From assembly GCA_965226375.1 (NCBI GenBank), contig CBDDCX010000008.1, forward strand, positions 1,440,001-1,504,000: 64,000 nt of DNA, read 5' to 3'. This stretch comes from Longimicrobiales bacterium (GTDB lineage: Bacteria; Gemmatimonadota; Gemmatimonadetes; Longimicrobiales; Gaopeijiaceae). The notes below the pieces were generated by a model that ran no database searches, was not told where the DNA came from, and was given only the letters and a program-made list of their open reading frames with translations. This document shows positions 19,089-28,108 of the stretch, one piece after another. Numbering within the stretch: position 1 is the first letter of the stretch; each line of letters begins with the position of its first letter. Position numbers and translations under genes: made by a program.

Positions 19089-20600
19089 TCAGCGCACATA
19101 CCGGCCTATCCTCGGCCCGAGTATCGGTACGCCTCCAAACGCAGTGTCCAACTCCGTCCTCATGACGTCCGCCTCCGCGGGGCTCTGATAGGCCCCTGCG
19201 TACACCCGAAAGCCCGGGGCCGTCGAACCGGCAACCTCGAACACGTAGGCCCCTATACCCGCGTTACCGATTTCCGCTACCCGACCAGTCGCCGCCTCGA
19301 TCGACTCGAACCCTCCAAAATCGAACGCGAGCGGGGTCGGCCGGACGATCCAACGGGCGCCGTCATCGCCCGTCAGGGTTTCCGCCAGAGATTCACGGAG
19401 GCGCTCTGCCCCGAGGGAGTCCACCGATGGGCCTGCCAGCACCCGATGATACACGCGATCCGCCACCCTCACGGGAGCGACAATGAACAACAGGTCCGGA
19501 CGTCGCTGGGCCAGCCTCTGGGCATGTCGCCCAGCGGCCTCGCGCGTCTGATAGGCAGCCAGTGCCAGTGAATACGCCTGTTGCGGCTCCGGCGGCGAGG
19601 GCTCGGCAGACACCGATGTCTGGAAATCTTCAGTAAGCGCTACCGGAACCGTCTGGTCCGCGGGAACGAGCATCCTCTGCAACAGAAACAGAGCCCCGAG
19701 CCCTACCAGCGTCCCCACCAGAGCCGGCCGCCAAGGGATCCGCCGCCGATCGGGCTCGGTCCCGGTCTCAAGCTTGGCCTCGGTCTCAAGGGCAACAGCC
19801 TCAGTGTCAGTTTCTGGCTCAGCCTCTGTCGTAGGAACGGAGTCAGTCCCTGGCTCAGTTTCAGTTTGCGGCTCTGCCTCAGTCGTAGGCTCCACCCCAG
19901 TCTCAGGCACACGTGCTGATCCAGCCTCGACCACCTCCGTGCTAGCCTCGGCCTCCACCTCACCCGCCATCTCGATCGACCCCTCCGTCGGCGGCGGTGG
20001 CCCTCGATCCTCCAAAAGACCCCACACCTCGTCGAGAGCGAAAGACTCGGCCACCCACTCCGCTTCGGTCGGATCGCCCGCAAAAAGGAGCGTTGCGGTG
20101 CTCCGAGCTATCAGAGCATCCACGCCCGGGAGGTCCGCGGGCACGTAGAAGAGGACCCTGGCCTGAGCACTCCCCACCTCCTCCACGAAGGCCGACCACG
20201 CATCGCTCAAAGTGATTTCAGTGGGATCCTCGACCGGTGTACCGACGGACACGAACTGAAATCCTGGTGCTCCGGCTTGTTGCGCCACCGATGGCATGGA
20301 CGCCTCGCGAAGGACGAGGTCAACCACGCCTACCGCGTTCGGCAATCCCAATGTCTGGTGAAGCACCGGCTCGGTGAGGGACAAATCGAAGAGGATGACA
20401 CGGTGACCCTGATCGGACCAAGCCCGTGCGACCGCGATCGCAGCGGCCGGGCTCCAGGACGATCGGGCGACGTCCGGCGTGACAATAAGGGTGACGACGC
20501 CTCCCCCGGCGCCTGAGACGAGTGCGCCGGGTGCCGCGATCTCCGGTAGATGACCGGAGTCCGGGTCAAACGGGTATAGGCGCGAGTGGCCCCGATCCAA
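19089..20600 (-). CDS. Membrane-anchored SPOR-domain protein with degenerate MinD/BY-kinase-like N-domain (paralog 2)
   Basis: VARAWSDQGHRVILFD..PVLHQ; TEAEP-rich linker; TM segment; two SPOR-like repeats (YHRVLAGP, FRVYAGAY); TTG start with AGGA upstream. Confidence 0.72.
   Translation of the reverse strand: MDRGHSRLYPFDPDSGHLPEIAAPGALVSGAGGGVVTLIVTPDVARSSWSPAAAIAVARAWSDQGHRVILFDLSLTEPVLHQTLGLPNAVGVVDLVLREASMPSVAQQAGAPGFQFVSVGTPVEDPTEITLSDAWSAFVEEVGSAQARVLFYVPADLPGVDALIARSTATLLFAGDPTEAEWVAESFALDEVWGLLEDRGPPPPTEGSIEMAGEVEAEASTEVVEAGSARVPETGVEPTTEAEPQTETEPGTDSVPTTEAEPETDTEAVALETEAKLETGTEPDRRRIPWRPALVGTLVGLGALFLLQRMLVPADQTVPVALTEDFQTSVSAEPSPPEPQQAYSLALAAYQTREAAGRHAQRLAQRRPDLLFIVAPVRVADRVYHRVLAGPSVDSLGAERLRESLAETLTGDDGARWIVRPTPLAFDFGGFESIEAATGRVAEIGNAGIGAYVFEVAGSTAPGFRVYAGAYQSPAEADVMRTELDTAFGGVPILGPRIGRYVR
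19801..19889. repeat. Two ~35-bp imperfect repeats, 54-bp period (PTTEAEP)
   Basis: tcagtgtcagtttctggctcagcctctgtcgtagg vs tcagtttcagtttgcggctctgcctcagtcgtagg. Confidence 0.6.
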
Positions 20601-20745
20601 CGGGTCCTACGCCCCTGGCATGGGTCGGATTACAGCCTCCGTCGATACGTCCGTTGTGCAGCTCGTGTGGGCTGACACCACAAGCTACACGACGACCCGG
20701 AGGGTTGTAAACAGGCTTGACGACGGGGGCGAGAAGCACACCTCG

Positions 20746-21114
20746 TCACTCGAACTCGCGCCTGGGCGCGTCGCCCCACAGAACCTCGAGTTGATAGAAC
20801 TCCCGGGCTCCCGGATGAAAGACGTGGACGACGAAGTCGATGTAGTCCACCAGGACCCAGCGCCCGCTCGCCAACCCCTCGACATGTGCGGGGCGGATGC
20901 CCAGTTCCTTCAACTCCCTGATGACGTGGTCACCGATGGCTTTGACCTGGACGTCGGACTGTCCGGTCGCCAGCAAGAAGTAGTCGGTGGCACTCGAGAT
21001 GCCCCTCAGGTCGAGGACAACCACGTCGGCTGCCTTGCGTTCGAGCGCGCACTCGGCTGCACGCTCTACGTCATGACCGATCTCGGACACGTCGGTGCTC
21101 GACTGATTTCCCAT
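20746..21114 (-). CDS. rsfS: Ribosome silencing factor RsfS
   Basis: KAADVVVLDL, TDYFLLATG, WVLVDY, REFYQLEVLW. Confidence 0.95.
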   Translation of the reverse strand: MGNQSSTDVSEIGHDVERAAECALERKAADVVVLDLRGISSATDYFLLATGQSDVQVKAIGDHVIRELKELGIRPAHVEGLASGRWVLVDYIDFVVHVFHPGAREFYQLEVLWGDAPRREFE

Positions 21115-21137
21115 GCCGCTCTAGAAGAAGTAGTGCC

Positions 21138-21596
21138 CTACTCCTCCCCAGCGCGCTCCACACGTACATCGACTTGGACTTCGACCTGGCTATGGAAACG
21201 CACGGAAACCTTGAATTCTCCGAGGAGCTTCAGCGGCTCTTCGAGAATGACCGTGCGGCGGTCCACCTCGAAGTCCAATTCTCCCTGGTTCAGCTGGTCG
21301 GCGATGTCGGCGTTCGTGACCGAGCCGAACAACTTGCCGTCATCCCCCGCCCTGACATGAAACACGAGTGATTTTCCGTCGAGCTGGGCGGCGCGACGAC
21401 GTGCCTCGAGGTAGTCGTGCCTGGCCTTCTCCTCAGACCGCGCGTGCTCCTCCTCCAGCCTCTTCAAGTTGGCATCACTCGCCTGGTACGCGAGTCCTTG
21501 GGGGATCAGGTAGTTGCGCGCATAACCGGGCTTTACGTCGATGATGTCACCCTGACCTCCAAGCGCCTCTACCGTCTTCCTCAAAATGAGCTTCAT
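21138..21596 (-). CDS. rplI: 50S ribosomal protein bL9
   Basis: MKLIL..LG..GDIIDVKPGYARNYLIP, GKLFGSVT. Confidence 0.97.
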   Translation of the reverse strand: MKLILRKTVEALGGQGDIIDVKPGYARNYLIPQGLAYQASDANLKRLEEEHARSEEKARHDYLEARRRAAQLDGKSLVFHVRAGDDGKLFGSVTNADIADQLNQGELDFEVDRRTVILEEPLKLLGEFKVSVRFHSQVEVQVDVRVERAGEE

Positions 21597-21609
21597 GGAC
21601 CCTCTCCGT

Positions 21610-22554
21610 TTACGTGTCAGTCGTACCGCCGGACAACACGTCGGCCTTGGCTCGTAGGTCGAGCCAAGTATCGCCGACGCCGATGACCAGCGCCCCCATC
21701 GTCAAAACGGGCGCAAGGAGCAACATCCCGAGCGCCATCACCAAGAAACCGAACAGCGAAATACCGCCGTTGAAAAACAGAACCACGGCAACGCCCCGGA
21801 CCGCGTATAGCCCCCCCATGAACACGACGGCGTTGGTCCCCACCCGTGTCCACGCGTCACCTAATCCGAGCACTATCAGCACCAGTCCCACCAGCAATAG
21901 CCACACGAAGTGGTCGTTGAACCGGAAGTCCTTGAGCGGTCCAAGTCCCTGATCACTCCCCGCGGCGAGTCGCACATATCCCCACCAGGCGACACCGAGT
22001 CCCGCCAGCGACGACAGGCCCAGAAGCGCCGGGAATAGCCTTCCCTGAAGGGCCGCGGTCTCGAACGCGGTGTTGACCATCTCCGTCGGGATCTCCACGT
22101 CTGGCTTCCAGGCAGCCACCAAGCTCATGGCCAGGCTGACACTCTTCATGACACCCTCGGAAACGAGCCAATCCACCATGGCCCAGGAGCCCGGCTGGAC
22201 GGCCAGGAGCACCGCCACGAGCCCAAAGGCCCCACCGACGGCTCCGAGAGCCCTCGGAAAAAAGCGGCTGTCGGGCGACCGCATGGTCAGGAACACGAAC
22301 CCACCCGCCAGGATGATCGTCCATCCTCGCTCCAGGTACCAGAGACCTCCACGGGCCGTGGCCCCCAGCGTTACCATCACGGCCAATACGGCAGCCACCA
22401 CGGTCGGGAACCGGCGGGCACCGAGTACGGCGGCGAGCACCAGGAAGGGCACCGCCACCAGTACGCCGGCGCTGACGACCGACAGCCCCATGGTGACGAG
22501 CAGAAGCGCGGCAGCGCGCAGCCACGTGCGCTCGAGCCGCGTCGGGGAATCCAA
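21610..22554 (-). CDS. DUF2232/YybS-family membrane protein
   Basis: Multi-TM protein with C-terminal GVGDTWLDLR; typical position between rpsR and rplI. Confidence 0.8.
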   Translation of the reverse strand: MDSPTRLERTWLRAAALLLVTMGLSVVSAGVLVAVPFLVLAAVLGARRFPTVVAAVLAVMVTLGATARGGLWYLERGWTIILAGGFVFLTMRSPDSRFFPRALGAVGGAFGLVAVLLAVQPGSWAMVDWLVSEGVMKSVSLAMSLVAAWKPDVEIPTEMVNTAFETAALQGRLFPALLGLSSLAGLGVAWWGYVRLAAGSDQGLGPLKDFRFNDHFVWLLLVGLVLIVLGLGDAWTRVGTNAVVFMGGLYAVRGVAVVLFFNGGISLFGFLVMALGMLLLAPVLTMGALVIGVGDTWLDLRAKADVLSGGTTDT

Positions 22555-22575
22555 GAGATCGTGCTCCGCGGAGAC

Positions 22576-23229
22576 CTAGACCTCGTGGTCCCGTAGGTAT
22601 GGGATCAACGCCAGATACCGAGCCCGCTTTATGGCCCGCCCGAGCTGCCTCTGAAAACGAGCGGTGACCTTGGTCGTTCGCTTCGGCAAGATCTTACCCT
22701 GCTCCGTCATGCACTGAGAAAGGGTCGAGACGTCCTTGTAATTGAGAAGCTCGATGACCGGCCCTTCCATCCGACGACGCCGGCCGCGGCCCCCGGAAAA
22801 CTCTGGGGGTCTCTGCCGCCTGACGGCCCCTTCCTCATCCTCGGGCGCTTCCTCCTCAGGAGGCGGACCGTCATCCTCGTCCTCATCATCCTCGCTGATG
22901 CGGACCGGCCGCTCACCAAGGATGGATCTCCCGGTCGTAGGCTCCCCGTCGTTCAAGACCACGAGATGCCGCATGAGCTCAGGATCAAGCTTCAGAATTC
23001 GATCGAACTCGGGGAGGCCTTCGGAACCGGCGCGAACTTGCGCCACCACGTAATAGCCCGCCTTCTGCTTCCGCACGGAGTAGGCCATCTGACGGACGCC
23101 CCAATGATCGACGGCCACGACTTCTCCGTCACTGCCGGTCACGAGGAGATGGAACTTCTCGAGCTTCTTGTTTACCGCATCTTCGTCGAGCGTAGCATCG
23201 AAAATGTAGACGATCTCGTACAGCCGCAT
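22576..23229 (-). CDS. rpsF-rpsR: Fused 30S ribosomal proteins bS6-bS18 (single 217-aa ORF)
   Basis: N-half MRLYEIVYIF..WGVRQMAYSVRK..GYYV..LMRHLVV is bS6; C-half NYKDVSTL..TEQGKILPKRTT..QRQLGRAIKRARYLALIPY is bS18; no stop between them. Confidence 0.88.
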   Translation of the reverse strand: MRLYEIVYIFDATLDEDAVNKKLEKFHLLVTGSDGEVVAVDHWGVRQMAYSVRKQKAGYYVVAQVRAGSEGLPEFDRILKLDPELMRHLVVLNDGEPTTGRSILGERPVRISEDDEDEDDGPPPEEEAPEDEEGAVRRQRPPEFSGGRGRRRRMEGPVIELLNYKDVSTLSQCMTEQGKILPKRTTKVTARFQRQLGRAIKRARYLALIPYLRDHEV

Positions 23230-23235
23230 GGTATG

Positions 23236-23288
23236 TCTCCCACGGTCCGCATGTGCAACGGGCCCCGCCACAGGGGCGGAGCGGGATG
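23236..23288 (-). promoter_or_regulatory. Putative S6:S18-binding rpsF leader RNA
   Basis: Minus strand TCCC..GCCCC-TGTGGC-GGGGC-CCG..GGGAGA: inner hairpin, unpaired CCG, outer stem pairing the SD; -10 box TATATT at 23297-23302. Confidence 0.6.
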
Positions 23289-23335
23289 AGCCAAGTAATA
23301 TAGGCCATGTGGGGGGGTTTTGTACCCCTGGGCCA

Positions 23336-24532
23336 CTAGGACATTTCCTGCTGAAGAGCAAGGACGAGCTCGGGATACCGGGCAAAAGCCCAGCGGGCCT
23401 CCTCCACATCGAGACGCTCCCGATTCGTGTGTGCAAAGCGCTCCTCACCCGGAGCGAATCCCACCGTGGGGATTCCGAAAACACCTCGGCTCCAACCACC
23501 GTCCGTGGCAAACGTCCAGGGACGTACCGCGGCCGGGCCCTCTCCCGCGCGCTGTCCGACCGCAGCAGCTGCAGCCAGGACCAGCGGGTCGAGCGGATCC
23601 ATGAGGAAGCCAGGCGTAAAGAGGCTCCGATCGTGTGCAATTCCCGTGTAGGCAGCCTGTCGCTCCTGCGCCATCGAGACCGACACGCTGAAGCCGTCCG
23701 GGAGCTCGCCCAGTCCACGCGTCACGGCGTCTCTTACACGTGACGTCATGGCCTCTTCGTCCGTCCCGGGCAGGACCCGCCAGTCCAGGACAACCGTGAC
23801 CCGGTCGGGGATGACGTTGCGGCTTTCCGGCAGGACGTCCACACCGGTCGCTACCAGGCTCGAGGTACCGAGAATCGGATCCTCAGGCTGATGCGTGGCC
23901 AACTCCTGCACGGCCCCGAGCACTTGCGGGACCAAGTCCAGAGCGTTGTGGGCACGGTCCGGAGCCGAAGCGTGGCCGGCGAGGCCCCGCAGCACCACCT
24001 CGACCTCACCGCGGCCTCGATGCCCGATGCAAATGTCGCCGTGTGTCGATTCGCCGATCACCACGACGCCGGGCTGGACGCCCCCAGACTCGAGCAGGTG
24101 CTTCATGCCCAGACCACCGCGCTCCTCGAAGACGGTGTGCGCCACAATCACGTCTCCCGCGGCACGGCCGGCCAGGGCGGCGGCGGCGTACGTCTGCAGG
24201 GCCAGGGGCCCTTTGATATCCATGGAGCCACGCCCATGAAGAAACCCCTCGGCGACGTCCCCACCGAAGGGTGGGTACTCCCACTCCGCATGGTCGCCTT
24301 CGGCCACCACATCGGTGTGGCAGTTGAGCAGTACGGCCGGAGCGGCTCCGCTTCCCCGAACACAAGAGATGACGTTGCCCACCTCGTCGCGTCGCACGTC
24401 CTGCAGGCCCAGGGCTTCCATCTCGCTCAGAATCCGCTCAGCTACGTCGCCTTCCTGACCAGAAGGCGAGGGGATGCGGATGAGGTCCTGGGCAAATGCC
24501 AGGGCGTTCTCGAACGTTGGATCTTTCGCCAT
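23336..24532 (-). CDS. M20/ArgE/DapE-family metallo-hydrolase
   Basis: HTDVV, HGRGSMDIKG, FEE, GE, GHAS and AHT metal-site motifs. Confidence 0.88.
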   Translation of the reverse strand: MAKDPTFENALAFAQDLIRIPSPSGQEGDVAERILSEMEALGLQDVRRDEVGNVISCVRGSGAAPAVLLNCHTDVVAEGDHAEWEYPPFGGDVAEGFLHGRGSMDIKGPLALQTYAAAALAGRAAGDVIVAHTVFEERGGLGMKHLLESGGVQPGVVVIGESTHGDICIGHRGRGEVEVVLRGLAGHASAPDRAHNALDLVPQVLGAVQELATHQPEDPILGTSSLVATGVDVLPESRNVIPDRVTVVLDWRVLPGTDEEAMTSRVRDAVTRGLGELPDGFSVSVSMAQERQAAYTGIAHDRSLFTPGFLMDPLDPLVLAAAAAVGQRAGEGPAAVRPWTFATDGGWSRGVFGIPTVGFAPGEERFAHTNRERLDVEEARWAFARYPELVLALQQEMS

Positions 24533-24591
24533 CGCTACTCGGGCCCGGCCGGCGGCCGGCCGGACCCCCTCAATCGAACAGCTTGGACACC

Positions 24592-26709
24592 CTACCCAAA
24601 GAGGCGGGCAACCCAGCCGATGAGACCGGAAACCTGGCCGTCGACGTTGATCTCGTGAACACGGACGAACCACGGTGCGAGCACGAGAGAAACGACGGCC
24701 ATGAGCTTGATGAGGATGTTCAAGGATGGACCGGACGTGTCCTTGAACGGATCGCCCACCGTGTCCCCTACGACAGCAGCCTTGTGGGGCTCGGAGCCCT
24801 TCCCGCCATGGGCTCCGGCTTCGATGAGCTTCTTGGCGTTATCCCATGCGCCCCCGGCATGGGCCATGAAGAGCGCCATGAGCACGCCGGTAACCGTAGC
24901 ACCAGCCAAGAAACCGCCCAGTGCCTCTACGCCCAGGAAGTAGCCCACCACAACCGGCGAGATGATCGCGGTCACTCCGGGAATAATCATCTCTCGTAGG
25001 GCAGCATCGGTGGAAATCGCCACGCAACGTGCCGAATCCGGCTTGGCGGTCCCGTCCATGATGCCCGGGTTCTCTCGGAATTGTCGCCTGACCTCCTCGA
25101 CCATGCCCTGAGCGGCCTTCCCCACCGCGGTCATGGTGAGGGCGGCGATGAAGAACGGGAGCATGCCACCGATGAAGAGGCCGATCACCACGATCGGATT
25201 CACGAGATCGATGCCCGTCTCGGACAACCCGACCTTGGTGGCGTACGCCGAGAACAGCGCCAACGCCGTGAGCGCCGCTGAGCCGATGGCAAAACCCTTG
25301 CCCTGGGCTGCGGTCGTGTTGCCGATGGCGTCGAGAGAATCGGTGATCGCCCGAGTCTCCGGTCCCAAGCCGCTCATCTCGCTGATACCGCCCGCGTTGT
25401 CGGCGATGGGTCCATACGCGTCCACGGACATGGTGACACCGACGGTGGCCAGCATGCCGACCGCTGCGATGCCGATGCCGTAGAGTCCGGCCGACGAGAA
25501 GGACGCGAAGATCGCGACACAGATCAACAACATGGGGATGGCGGTCGACTCCATACCCACCGCGAGCCCGGTGATGAGGTTGGTGGCCGCGCCCGTCTTG
25601 CTGGCCTCGGCGATCTTTCGTACGGGCCTGGAAGACGTGTAGTACTCGGTGACGAGCCCGATGGCTACGCCCACCACCGTCCCAGCGACGATGGCGTACC
25701 ACGGACCCATGGCCGGATACGTCTGGCCTCCCTCGACCATCTGGAGGTCCAGCGCACGAACGACGAAGAACATGGCCGCCAAGAAGAGGGCCGCCGCAAT
25801 GAACGTGACGTGACGCAGGGCCGCTGCCGGATCGGTACGTTCGAGCGCCTTCATCATCCCGATGCCCACGAGAGAAGCTACCAGACCCACCATCACGGTC
25901 ACGATGGGCAGCGCCACGGCGTTTCCAACATTGCCGGCCAGCGCGGCCGAACTGGCCGCGATGGCGATCGTAGCGATGACCGAGCCCACATAGGACTCGA
26001 AAATGTCTGCCCCCATGCCCGCCACGTCACCGACGTTGTCGCCGACATTGTCGGCGATGGTAGCCGGATTCCGAGGATCATCCTCGGGAATACCAGCCTC
26101 CACCTTACCCACCAGGTCCGCACCGACATCGGCGGCCTTGGTGTAGATACCACCGCCCACGCGGGCGAAGAGGGCGATCGAACTGGCCCCCATGGCGAAC
26201 CCGGAAATGATCTCGGCGAAACGGAGGTGCTCCGCCGCACCGATGGCCGACGCCCCGAAAAACCAGTAGAGCACTCCGATGCCCGCGAGACCGAGGGCGG
26301 CGACGGAAAGTCCCATCACCGCGCCTCCGAAGAACGCTACCCGCAGGGCCTTACCTGCGCCCTCCTCGTTGGCCGCAGCCGAGGTACGCACGTTCGCGCG
26401 GGTCGCAGCCGTCATTCCGAAGAAACCGGCCATGACCGAGCAGAGAGCTCCCACCAGATAAGCCAGGGCCGTCTGGCCCGAAACCGCCCACGCCAAGAGC
26501 GCCGCCACCACCACCACGAAGACGGCCAGCATGGAATACTCTCGACGCAGAAAGGCCATGGCCCCTTCGTAAATCTGGTCGGCCAGATCCTGCATCGCCT
26601 CGCTCCCGGCGGGCTGACTCTTCATGTAGCGATAGATGATCCCCGCCACGGCCAGGGCTATCAGGCCAAGTGCCCAGGACCAGCTTGCGAACGTCACGAA
26701 TTGGCTCAT
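24592..26709 (-). CDS. hppA: Membrane-bound K+-dependent (probably Na+-translocating) pyrophosphatase
   Basis: [45 protein letters not shown] (Ala = K+-dependent type); DIFESYVGS. Confidence 0.95.
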   Translation of the reverse strand: MSQFVTFASWSWALGLIALAVAGIIYRYMKSQPAGSEAMQDLADQIYEGAMAFLRREYSMLAVFVVVVAALLAWAVSGQTALAYLVGALCSVMAGFFGMTAATRANVRTSAAANEEGAGKALRVAFFGGAVMGLSVAALGLAGIGVLYWFFGASAIGAAEHLRFAEIISGFAMGASSIALFARVGGGIYTKAADVGADLVGKVEAGIPEDDPRNPATIADNVGDNVGDVAGMGADIFESYVGSVIATIAIAASSAALAGNVGNAVALPIVTVMVGLVASLVGIGMMKALERTDPAAALRHVTFIAAALFLAAMFFVVRALDLQMVEGGQTYPAMGPWYAIVAGTVVGVAIGLVTEYYTSSRPVRKIAEASKTGAATNLITGLAVGMESTAIPMLLICVAIFASFSSAGLYGIGIAAVGMLATVGVTMSVDAYGPIADNAGGISEMSGLGPETRAITDSLDAIGNTTAAQGKGFAIGSAALTALALFSAYATKVGLSETGIDLVNPIVVIGLFIGGMLPFFIAALTMTAVGKAAQGMVEEVRRQFRENPGIMDGTAKPDSARCVAISTDAALREMIIPGVTAIISPVVVGYFLGVEALGGFLAGATVTGVLMALFMAHAGGAWDNAKKLIEAGAHGGKGSEPHKAAVVGDTVGDPFKDTSGPSLNILIKLMAVVSLVLAPWFVRVHEINVDGQVSGLIGWVARLFG

Positions 26710-26775
26710 CAGGTTCCTCGTGCAGTGGACATCGTCTTTGACAGCATCGGCGTGAACCTGACTGTCAGGTGAGCA

Positions 26776-27339
26776 TCACTGATTGAACTCGTTCATCGCC
26801 TCTTCCACACCTTCTCTCATCCAGGTTTCGACCGCCCTGGTGAGCCCCGGAAGAAGCCCTACGACCACATCCTCGTCTTCGCCGTCCATGGGCGACAGCA
26901 CCCAATCTGAGAGATCCATACTCCCCGGAACCCGCCCGACTCCTACTCGGAGTCGTCCGTATTCCTCGGTGCCCAAGGCACCGGTGATCGATTTCAGACC
27001 ATTGTGCCCGCCCGCACCTCCTCGGGGCCGGAAGCGTACACGACCCACATCCAGTGCCGCGTCATCCGACACCACGAGGAGGTCCTCGGACACATCGAAC
27101 TCGGGAATCATGGCGAGAGCGATGAGGGCCGCACCGCTCTTATTCATATATGTGGTGGGCTTGATCAGGCGGGCCGCTACGTCGCCTGCCATTCCGTCTA
27201 CCTGGAGGCTTCGGCCCTTCTTCTCGAAGGACGCGAATCCCCAGTCGTAGGCCAGTCGATCCACGACCCACCAACCTACGTTGTGCCGCGTGTCGTCGTA
27301 CTCCGGCCCGGGGTTGCCGAGCCCGACGATCACCTTCAC
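26776..27339 (-). CDS. pth: Peptidyl-tRNA hydrolase
   Basis: VGLGNPG, TRHNVG, KPTTYMN, GGHNGLKS. Confidence 0.96.
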   Translation of the reverse strand: MKVIVGLGNPGPEYDDTRHNVGWWVVDRLAYDWGFASFEKKGRSLQVDGMAGDVAARLIKPTTYMNKSGAALIALAMIPEFDVSEDLLVVSDDAALDVGRVRFRPRGGAGGHNGLKSITGALGTEEYGRLRVGVGRVPGSMDLSDWVLSPMDGEDEDVVVGLLPGLTRAVETWMREGVEEAMNEFNQ

Positions 27340-27362
27340 AACACGAGATCCGACGCGCGATG

Positions 27363-28055
27363 TCAGCCGTCGGAGTCCTCGTCCCCACCAGAAGTATCGC
27401 CCTCGGCGGCAGGTGCACCCTCTGCACCTTCTTCCCCTTCTGCCAGTTCGCCCTCCTCCAACTCCAGATCCTCTTCCTCCTCGACAACCTCTTCCTTCGG
27501 AATGGCGACGAGGCACAGCGTGCGGATGGGATCGGTCAAGAGCTCCACCTCATCTTCCATCTCGATGTCCCTGGCGTGAATCGAGTCGCCGACATCCAGC
27601 GCCGAGACATCGATCTCAAAGCTCTCGGGAAACCTGGACGGGATGCACTTGACGCGAAGCTCGTGGAGGATCACTTCGAGAACACCACCGAGCTTCACAC
27701 CCTCGGGGGTCCCCACATACTTGATCGGGACATCGACTTCCATCGCCACACCCCTTTGGATGCAGTAAAAGTCGACGTGCACGATGTCCGGACGGAAAGG
27801 GTGCATCTGGATCTCACGCACGAGCGTCTCAAGCACTTCGTCGTCGTCATCGACCTGCACGTTGACGATCGTGTTCTCGACCGAGATCGAGTGGAAGAGC
27901 TGATAGGCCTCTTTGGCATCCACAGTCAGCGCGATCGGCTCCTGATCCTTGCCGTAGATCACCGCGGGTACCTTCCCCATCGCCCGTATCTTCCGCGCTG
28001 CGCCCTTGCCGGTTTCGCTGCGTCGCTTCGCCGTAAGTCCCGTATTAGCAATCAT
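27363..28055 (-). CDS. rplY: 50S ribosomal protein bL25/Ctc
   Basis: GKGAARKIR..GKVPAVIYG, HVDF, GVKLGG, acidic tail. Confidence 0.96.
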   Translation of the reverse strand: MIANTGLTAKRRSETGKGAARKIRAMGKVPAVIYGKDQEPIALTVDAKEAYQLFHSISVENTIVNVQVDDDDEVLETLVREIQMHPFRPDIVHVDFYCIQRGVAMEVDVPIKYVGTPEGVKLGGVLEVILHELRVKCIPSRFPESFEIDVSALDVGDSIHARDIEMEDEVELLTDPIRTLCLVAIPKEEVVEEEEDLELEEGELAEGEEGAEGAPAAEGDTSGGDEDSDG

Positions 28056-28108
28056 TTTCTTGTTTCCACTCTCTTGTAGTTCCGCCGCAGACCCGGTTCG
28101 GGTCTCGG

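Noticed and set aside
20610..20731. Firm call as 6S RNA
   Set aside because: Shorter than typical 6S and no large central bubble visible; kept only as an unassigned structured region
22768..22770. Independent rpsR start at the internal ATG
   Set aside because: No SD upstream and no rpsF stop; it would also drop the basic N-terminal segment
24541..24567. GC hairpin CCGGCCGG-cgg-CCGGCCGG between hppA and the M20 gene as a terminator
   Set aside because: No U-tract on either strand; function cannot be supported from sequence alone
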